This document shows, one piece after another, positions 29,680 through 35,746 of a stretch of 37,403 nt of DNA. The notes beneath the pieces are model-generated. The model was not told the origin of the DNA. It ran no database searches and saw only the letters and a program-made list of their open reading frames with translations. This DNA comes from Thermoplasmata archaeon (lineage in GTDB: Archaea > Thermoplasmatota > Thermoplasmata > Lutacidiplasmatales > UBA184): the NCBI GenBank assembly GCA_030040625.1, contig JASHTI010000076.1, positions 1-37,403 on the forward strand, in the 5' to 3' direction. The translations under genes and the position numbers were made by a program. Numbering within the stretch: position 1 is the stretch's first letter; every line of letters starts with the position of its first letter.

Positions 29680-29931
29680 ATGGCATCAAAGACCGTCGCT
29701 CTGGACCTGGAAGCGTACGACCTGCTGAAGCGGCAGAAGCGGTCGGACGAGAGCTTCAGCGATGCGGTGAAACGTCTAGCCCGCCCCCGTCGCCCTATCT
29801 CCGATTTCGCAGGTCTGTGGGGCGATCTGTCGGCCACCGAGCGCCGAGCCCTGGACGAGGCGTACAAGGACCTACGGGCCGCGGATCAGCGGCGCGCCGA
29901 TCGCATACGCGACCACTGGCGTGAGCGATGA
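29680..29931 (+). CDS. vapB: VapB antitoxin (COG1753/DUF217 family)
   Basis: KTVALDLEAYDLLKRQKRSDESFSDAVKRL...DFAGLW; ATGA overlap with the PIN gene. Confidence 0.9.
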   Translation: MASKTVALDLEAYDLLKRQKRSDESFSDAVKRLARPRRPISDFAGLWGDLSATERRALDEAYKDLRAADQRRADRIRDHWRER

Positions 29932-30314
29932 AGTGTCTCGACTCGACGTTCTGCATTGACCTGCTCAAGGGACTCCCGGAGGCCCGGGCTCGGGCCGAGG
30001 AGCTTGTCCGCGAAGGAGAGCGGCTGGCAATCGCGGCGCCGGCGTTGACCGAGGTGCTCGTGGGCGCCTTTCGACAGGGTGGTCGACGCCTGGCTCAGTC
30101 CCTTGATTTCGTCGCGCAGCTGGAAGTCCTAGGCGTCAACGAAGACATCGCCCTGGAGGCGGCACGGGTAGGGGGCGAGTGCCTCCGACGGGGCGAGGCG
30201 GTGGGCACCACGGATCTGTTGATCGCCGCAACTGCGAAGCAGCACCACGCCCACCTAGTTAGTAGAGATCGAGACTTCGCACGCGTTCCCGGGCTCATCC
30301 TCGAGACCTACTAG
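29928..30314 (+). CDS. vapC: VapC PIN-domain ribonuclease toxin
   Basis: LDST, TEV, DLLIAATA, SRDRDF acidic PIN residues. Confidence 0.93.
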   Translation: MKCLDSTFCIDLLKGLPEARARAEELVREGERLAIAAPALTEVLVGAFRQGGRRLAQSLDFVAQLEVLGVNEDIALEAARVGGECLRRGEAVGTTDLLIAATAKQHHAHLVSRDRDFARVPGLILETY

Positions 30315-30474
30315 CGACTCGAAGTGGGTGACCGGCTGCCTGCGCCCTCGAGTTACCCCCGCCGCCCGGAGGGATGCTACACTGCCTGGCTAGCGGCGGG
30401 ATCAAGCCCCCCCTGGGGGGCACCCGCCGAAGCCGCGGCAACCTCCATGTACGTCTCGACTAGTGATGGCAATG

Positions 30475-30867
30475 ATGGGAACCCGCGACATCTACACCAG
30501 CATTCCAGTCCACCAATCGACCCTGCGCGCATTACGGCCCGTCAAATCTGCTGGCCAAACATGGGACGATCTATTGATGGCACTAGCGGACGACTACCTC
30601 TCCCCGGCGCTGAAGCGCGGACTTGACCGTCGGTCGTCGACGGAGGACATCGTGCCCGGGACCGCCATGAAACGCGAGTACAACTCGTGGAGACGCGAGC
30701 GTGGCAAGCCGTCGCGCCGGCGACGGGCCAGATTTCACCCGGACAGCGAGCCTTCAGTTCTGGGCGCTGCCAGCCTCGGCGATCGAAGCGTTTGCCGCCG
30801 CGTTCGTAGAGCTCACCCCGTACCCGGAGCGGCATTCGCCCACCCTCGACGTCTTCCCGATCCGTAA
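30475..30867 (+). CDS. Putative antitoxin (archaeal RHH-like), frame reading through into the toxin gene
   Basis: TSIPVHQSTLRALRPVKSAGQTWDDLLMAL resembles small archaeal antitoxins; overlaps the RelE-like ORF by 167 nt. Alternative starts at 30463-30472. Confidence 0.6.
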   Translation: MGTRDIYTSIPVHQSTLRALRPVKSAGQTWDDLLMALADDYLSPALKRGLDRRSSTEDIVPGTAMKREYNSWRRERGKPSRRRRARFHPDSEPSVLGAASLGDRSVCRRVRRAHPVPGAAFAHPRRLPDP

Positions 30868-31009
30868 CGATCCCGTTCGTTGGAGGCTGAAGGCTGTCGG
30901 TTACCGCGCGATATACCAGATTCGACCGGGCCGGGCGGTGATCGAGGCCATTCTACCCCGAACGGAATGGACCTACGAGGACTTCGAAGCACACCGCAAG
31001 CGACCCTGA
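30701..31009 (+). CDS. RelE/ParE family toxin
   Basis: DFTRTA...F..LP; WRLKAVGYRAIYQI; ILPR..TY C-terminal pattern. Confidence 0.75.
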   Translation: MASRRAGDGPDFTRTASLQFWALPASAIEAFAAAFVELTPYPERHSPTLDVFPIRNDPVRWRLKAVGYRAIYQIRPGRAVIEAILPRTEWTYEDFEAHRKRP

Positions 31010-31055
31010 AGGCACCGAGTCCCAATACAAGGATCCCCGACGGGACCGGCTCAGG

Positions 31056-31086
31056 GGGTTGTGTCGACCCCGCTAGTGGTGCAAGG
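31056..31086 (+). repeat. Left copy of inverted bipartite repeat GGGTTGTGTC-N12-GGTGCAAGG
   Basis: Matches the reverse complement of 33793-33823 in two perfect blocks (10 and 9 nt) with the same 12-nt spacing. Confidence 0.6.
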
Positions 31087-31168
31087 CTGCATGCCGCCAC
31101 AGAGAGGGAATCTCCGCCATCCCCCGAGCCTGCTGCGTCCTGACCGGGGAGGTAGGGGCCCGCGGCGC

Positions 31169-31693
31169 CTAGGCGACTATCTCGCGAACCACCATCGGCT
31201 TCTGGTCGGCCATGTCGAGGAGCGGTGAGCATGTCAGGAGGGCACGGTCGTTCGTGAAGAGAACCTCACAATCACGGCACGCCACAGCAGACGCTGCAAC
31301 CAACGAATCCGTGAGCGCGAGATGCGAGTCGGCTCGCCGCAGGCTTCGCGCAATGCCCAGCGTGTCGTCACCCCCATGATCGCCCAACCCGCAGAGTTGG
31401 ATGCGTCGGTCTCGGACAGCGACCAGCAGGCGTCGGGAGGCGTCATCCGCTAGGCTAGCTGCGAGGGATGACTCGGCAGCATCGCGAGCGATTGTGAGGA
31501 AGACTTCCCCGATAACAATCTGGCTTATCGTCGGCGGGTGGCTGGCCCCGTGTCGGAAGAACAGTGTACGAGCGGCTCGGAGTATGTCCGGATCCGCGTC
31601 CCAATTCAGGAGGAACGGGCGCGCGTAGCAACTGTCTACGTGTGCCCAATGAGTTCCTTGTGACTGCTTAGGAATGCTCGAACCTCCTTCCAA
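31169..31693 (-). CDS. PIN-domain protein (VapC-like toxin)
   Basis: VDS, IGE, TDSLVAA, FTND acidic tetrad; overlaps the end of the upstream gene; start uncertain. Confidence 0.75.
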   Translation of the reverse strand: MEGGSSIPKQSQGTHWAHVDSCYARPFLLNWDADPDILRAARTLFFRHGASHPPTISQIVIGEVFLTIARDAAESSLAASLADDASRRLLVAVRDRRIQLCGLGDHGGDDTLGIARSLRRADSHLALTDSLVAASAVACRDCEVLFTNDRALLTCSPLLDMADQKPMVVREIVA

Positions 31694-32145
31694 GTGGGTT
31701 CGCTCAGGTGGGGTTTGATTGACTTAGCCCAAGCTAGCGCTGTCTGCACGTCGCCGCGGGAGGTGACCCCGTCCACCACGGTTGTAAGGCCCTCCAAGAA
31801 CTCGGGCCCCCGGGCCATGGCAGACGCAACCGTGTCCAGAGTCGACGGACTCAAATCGGCGGCCGGAGAGGCCGATCTCAAGCCCGCGTCTCCCAGCGCG
31901 TAGTAAAGTTCGGCCAGGTCCGGGGAGTATGGACCGTTGAGGTACATGTTGTAGCTAAGCCGGGCCGCCGCCGGGTAGCCCAGCTTTCGCAGCAGATAGA
32001 CTGCTTTCTGGATCTCGAATCGTCCGGGTTTCGAGGTCATTGAGAATGGACGCCCGGTTTTCGCGGAGAGCGCACTCAGGGCCCGAGCAATAGCTCGGCG
32101 CTGCTTCTGGAACGTAATCGGCTCCGCCGTCATCCCCAAGGTCAT
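31636..32145 (-). CDS. YwgA/SocA-Panacea (DUF4065)-like winged-helix protein, putative antitoxin
   Basis: RFEIQKAVYLL...LSYNMYLNGPYSPDL and LEGLTTV; GAGGTG SD before ATG 32145. Confidence 0.7.
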   Translation of the reverse strand: MTLGMTAEPITFQKQRRAIARALSALSAKTGRPFSMTSKPGRFEIQKAVYLLRKLGYPAAARLSYNMYLNGPYSPDLAELYYALGDAGLRSASPAADLSPSTLDTVASAMARGPEFLEGLTTVVDGVTSRGDVQTALAWAKSIKPHLSEPTWKEVRAFLSSHKELIGHT

Positions 32146-32346
32146 CTCGGCACCTCTATCTGAGTTAGACCCCCCGCCCCCCCGATAGCCTCGCGTCTTG
32201 CAGTGGCTGCCCAAGGCGGGGCTGACCGAGCGACACTCAGATGGACCAACAATCCTGTGGCTGGCGGTCCCTGGTCCAGGCCGGCAGAGTCGAAGGCTTG
32301 GTCCCCCATAGAGAAGTTGTGACTTCGCAGATTGGCGGCGCCTAGA

Positions 32347-32529
32347 CTAGGAGTCGCGGAAAACGGAACCGAGAATCACAAGCAGGGCCCCGAATAGCGC
32401 AAGGCCTGCGTACAGCTCGATCGCAGCCCCGTATATACCCGGTACAAACAGCAGATGCCACCACCCGTACAACTCCATCAGCACCCCCAGGGTGATAGCC
32501 GACAACGATGCAACTGGCAGGTCTGTCAT
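32347..32529 (-). CDS. Small 2-TM membrane protein (60 aa)
   Basis: ATG 2 nt after the HNH stop, with GAGGT SD; hydrophobic segments SLSAITLGVLMELYGWWHLLFV and LYAGLALFGALLVILGSVF. Confidence 0.6.
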   Translation of the reverse strand: MTDLPVASLSAITLGVLMELYGWWHLLFVPGIYGAAIELYAGLALFGALLVILGSVFRDS

Positions 32530-32531
32530 CC

Positions 32532-32786
32532 TTACCTCGCGCAGCCACAATAGCTGCAGTGGTCGGTGTCGCCTTTTGCACGGTTGCAGGGAATACACAT
32601 AGGTTGGAGGTTGCGAAGATTCTGACTTCCGCCCCGCGAGGCTGGCACCCGATGGTCAACCTCCCAGGCGCCCCGGCTTCCGAAGCTGCCGTAGTTAGAG
32701 TAGCTCAACTGCTTCCCGCAGCATGCGCACTCGCCGCGGCCATACTCGAATATCTCGGAGAGCCGATCCTCGCTGTAACCTGGCAT
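32532..32786 (-). CDS. Small HNH endonuclease (84 aa)
   Basis: CACC...WEVDHRVPASRGGS...NLQPMCIPCNRAKG, extra C-terminal CSYCGC; GAGG before ATG 32786. Confidence 0.88.
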   Translation of the reverse strand: MPGYSEDRLSEIFEYGRGECACCGKQLSYSNYGSFGSRGAWEVDHRVPASRGGSQNLRNLQPMCIPCNRAKGDTDHCSYCGCAR

Positions 32787-32827
32787 CGCCTCGGTGAACT
32801 CCGGGCCCGCCTTCGAGAACGAAGTGC

Positions 32828-32876
32828 GATATTTATAGTACGTCAGCTTAATAGGCTGAGTTACCAGTATTGGTAA
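32828..32876. promoter_or_regulatory. Divergent archaeal-type promoter with two palindromes
   Basis: TATAAAT on the minus strand (32837-32831); CTTAAT on the plus strand (32847-32852), 24 nt before GTG 32877; TCAGC-N7-GCTGA (32843-32859) and TTACCA-N4-TGGTAA (32861-32876). Confidence 0.7.
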
Positions 32877-33689
32877 GTGTTGGAGCAAACACACCCGCCC
32901 GTCCGCGTCGAGGTGGCGCCGGTCGGGTATTATGTCGACCGAGTGGTGGAGCCGATAACCCGCCACGAGGCAGATCGCATCTACCTCGTACGAGCGCGGG
33001 ACGATTCCGAGGACCGTGCTGCACCCTTTCGTGAGAAGGTCATCAAGCAGCTACGGGCCTGGCGACCCAGCGTTGAGGTCCGTGTGGTAAAGACGGACCT
33101 CTGGACCCTCGAAACCGCTGTGGAGACGTTCTCGGCGATTATAAGAAGTGAGGTACAAGCCGGCAATTCCGTCTGGGTGAACTTGTCGACTGGAAGCAAG
33201 CTGGAGGCCGTCGCCGCGGCCCTAGCCTGCATGGGGAACGGGGGGGTTCCGTACTACGTTCGCATGCGGAGCTACGAGCGATCGGAGCCGCCCAAACCCT
33301 TGGCAAGCGGCGTCGCTTCAATCGATACGGTGCCTACCTTCGGATTAGCCGCGCCGTCCGAGGCTGGGCTTCAGCTGCTCAGCCTGTTGGCGGAGAATCT
33401 AACGGGGCTCTCGAAGAAGGATCTGATACGCGGTATCGAGGAACTGGGTCTCTTCCCCCCGGAGATTGCAAACAGGACAGTCCAGGCTCGATACGCCCGG
33501 TTGCAGGCTATCCTAGACCGTCTAGCGGAGCCACCCGGCCTAGTGGAGCTGGAGGGCCGGAGGCGTGCGGGTCGAGTCAGGATTACAGCGCGGGGTCGCC
33601 TTGCTTTGCGCATATTCCACCCGCGCCTTGGCTTGGCCGACCCTCTCCAGCCCCACGCGGCCGCCTCCGATCCGCTCTCACGGCAGTAA
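32877..33689 (+). CDS. DUF6293/HFX_2341-like CARF-fold + winged-helix transcriptional regulator (Csa3-related)
   Basis: VAPVGYYVDRV..P....ADRIYLV, VWVNLSTGSK, PYYV, then wHTH SKKDLI...ITARG. Confidence 0.85.
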   Translation: MLEQTHPPVRVEVAPVGYYVDRVVEPITRHEADRIYLVRARDDSEDRAAPFREKVIKQLRAWRPSVEVRVVKTDLWTLETAVETFSAIIRSEVQAGNSVWVNLSTGSKLEAVAAALACMGNGGVPYYVRMRSYERSEPPKPLASGVASIDTVPTFGLAAPSEAGLQLLSLLAENLTGLSKKDLIRGIEELGLFPPEIANRTVQARYARLQAILDRLAEPPGLVELEGRRRAGRVRITARGRLALRIFHPRLGLADPLQPHAAASDPLSRQ

Positions 33690-33792
33690 CCGGTGTCGGG
33701 CACGGGACCAGAGTGGCGCTGGCCGTCGCCATCCTCCGGCGCCCCGGACTGCCGGAAGCTCGAGCGCCGCCGGGCGGTGGGGGTTGAATGGC

Positions 33793-33823
33793 CCTTGCAC
33801 CCCGGAGCCGATTGACACAACCC
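33793..33823 (-). repeat. Right copy of inverted bipartite repeat
   Basis: CCTTGCACC-N12-GACACAACCC; its last base is shared with the Fic stop codon. Confidence 0.6.
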
Positions 33824-34911
33824 TAGAATCGCCGGGAGTAGACCTCAGCAAGGAATTGTGATCTAAGGCGGTACCGCCGACCGCGACGCTCTCCGCGAGC
33901 CTCCAGGATCCCAGCCGCCTTCAGCTCGTCCAGGGCAGCCCACAAGGCGGGCTGGCTGTATCTGGACGGATTGGGGTAATCGCTTCGGCTAAACCACTCG
34001 CCCGTTCCGCCGAGAACCCAGCGCAGGACCCTCCGGGTGCTCTCTCGGGTGAAGTCAGAGATCAACGGGCTCAGGTTGGCTTGCTTCGCAGCAGCCTTGT
34101 AGGCCTCCTTGGTTTGGGACGCGAAGTAGCGAGCCCACAGCGAGTAGTTCTCTCCCGAGTTTGTGGTTCCAAGGAACTCATAGTAGTTCTCGGAGGTCCG
34201 GAAGAACCGAGTATCCAGCGGAATCAGCGGGGCCTTCGAGCAGCCGAGATCTCTCAGAATGGCGATGTTCAGGAACCGCCCTACGCGGCCGTTGCCGTCC
34301 ATGAATGGGTGGATCGCCTGGAACTCTGCGAAGAACAACGCAGCCACGACGGGGGCGAGGTAGTCGTAGCGTGAGGAGCGGTACCAGTCAAACAGAGACT
34401 CGAGCTCCGGGATCGTTCGATGGGGGGGTGTCGGAGTGAAGCGCAGACTGCCCGAGCCTTCGTTGATGATGTAGTTCTGCTCGGGCTTCGTGACTCCAAC
34501 CCAATCGTCACGGAGGACTCCTTTGCCATCGTGGAGCAGCCCCGTGAAAAGGGTGTGATGAATCTCCTTCACTCCATCAACCGAGAGGTCGGGGAGGCGG
34601 TTGCCCGCTAGCCCGGAGTAGGCTCGAGCCAGTCGCGCTACGCCCTCTTCAGAGGGTGAGCCGGGTGCAGCTCCTGCTACGATCTCGCGAGCGCGATCGA
34701 GCTCCACTGACTCACCCTCGAGCCTGAAGCTGCTCACCGCGTTGCGCACCCTCGCCATCCCGAGAAGGATTTGGTGCAGCTGTGGCGAGAGCAACCGGGT
34801 TTCGAGGATTCCGTCCAGCCTCAGGCACTCCGTGGCAGGTGCGCCCACATCATCTCGCACCCTCAGGTTCGGATGGAAGCCGGCGGACGTGTCCCGCTTG
34901 GTCAGAGGCAT
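33823..34911 (-). CDS. Fic family protein (class II, autoinhibited) with C-terminal winged helix
   Basis: Canonical HPFMDGNGRVGR; N-terminal inhibitory SFRLEG; C-terminal LDELKAAGILEARGERRGRRY. Confidence 0.92.
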   Translation of the reverse strand: MPLTKRDTSAGFHPNLRVRDDVGAPATECLRLDGILETRLLSPQLHQILLGMARVRNAVSSFRLEGESVELDRAREIVAGAAPGSPSEEGVARLARAYSGLAGNRLPDLSVDGVKEIHHTLFTGLLHDGKGVLRDDWVGVTKPEQNYIINEGSGSLRFTPTPPHRTIPELESLFDWYRSSRYDYLAPVVAALFFAEFQAIHPFMDGNGRVGRFLNIAILRDLGCSKAPLIPLDTRFFRTSENYYEFLGTTNSGENYSLWARYFASQTKEAYKAAAKQANLSPLISDFTRESTRRVLRWVLGGTGEWFSRSDYPNPSRYSQPALWAALDELKAAGILEARGERRGRRYRLRSQFLAEVYSRRF

Positions 34912-35088
34912 CGTGAGTTATCAATCAGTAGACATATTTCAGGCTATCATAACTGGAGAAGTGGGAGGGCCGGGGAGTGGCACTCGCCAGCCCTGCCTCA
35001 TCCACGGCCATGCCCGCGCCAGCTTCTTGGCTCACCGACAAGCATCAAGAGACTGGTCCGATTCGAGGGTCAGCCGAGGGGCGTCAGA

Positions 35089-35670
35089 ATGCGCGAGGTG
35101 GTGCTCCAGATGCACATGACCCTAGACGGCTTCGCTGACAGCAGGGAAGGGTTTGTCCCCATAGGCGACCGTCACTACTGGAAGGAGGTCGACCAAGCCC
35201 TGCGCCTGACCGGCGCAGCCAAGACCGACACCCTTCTCTTGGGCAGGGGCACGTACAATCAGTTCAGTAGGTTCTGGCCAAAGACTCTCGCGGACCCGAA
35301 GAGCCCGAGGAGTTGGCGGGAGCAGGCGCGCTCGATCGTCGAGACGCCGAAGGTGGTCTTCTCTAAGTCGCTCCGCAGTCCCAAGATGAAGAACACCACG
35401 ATCGTCCGAGGCTCCCTGAAGTCGGAGATTCAGCGGCTCAAGAGGCGACCCGGGAAGAACCTGCTGGTGCTCGGGGGTGTCGCATTCCCCCGAGCGCTGA
35501 TCGAGGAAGACCTCGTGGACGAGTACCTGCTCGCGGTTGTGCCGATCATTCTCGGGCAGGGTGGGTATCGGCTCTTCGGTCCGCTCTCAAGAGCACGCAA
35601 CCTGCAACATCTGCGGTCCTGGACCTTCAGTAACGGGGTAGTGCTCCACCGCTACCGTCGGAAGCGCTAG
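35089..35670 (+). CDS. Dihydrofolate reductase-like (RibD C-terminal) protein
   Basis: MTLDGF, LLLGRGTY, KVVFSKSL, LVDEY, PIILGQG. Confidence 0.92.
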   Translation: MREVVLQMHMTLDGFADSREGFVPIGDRHYWKEVDQALRLTGAAKTDTLLLGRGTYNQFSRFWPKTLADPKSPRSWREQARSIVETPKVVFSKSLRSPKMKNTTIVRGSLKSEIQRLKRRPGKNLLVLGGVAFPRALIEEDLVDEYLLAVVPIILGQGGYRLFGPLSRARNLQHLRSWTFSNGVVLHRYRRKR

Positions 35671-35746
35671 GCGGCCGGCCCTCTCCTGAGCCTTGGCACC
35701 AGCTACCAGCCGAAGGAGGCTCGCTGAGCCTCGGCCAACCCGGTGA

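Noticed and set aside
32347..33689. CRISPR-Cas locus implied by a Csa3-like gene and an HNH
   Set aside because: No repeat-spacer array or cas genes; the HNH is 84 aa with no RuvC parts, so it is not Cas9/IscB.
33684..33789. Possible integron attC (…TAAC to GTTGAAT) after the regulator gene
   Set aside because: R'' and R' are complementary only at AAC/GTT, there are no L boxes, no intI, and no equivalent sites after neighbouring genes.
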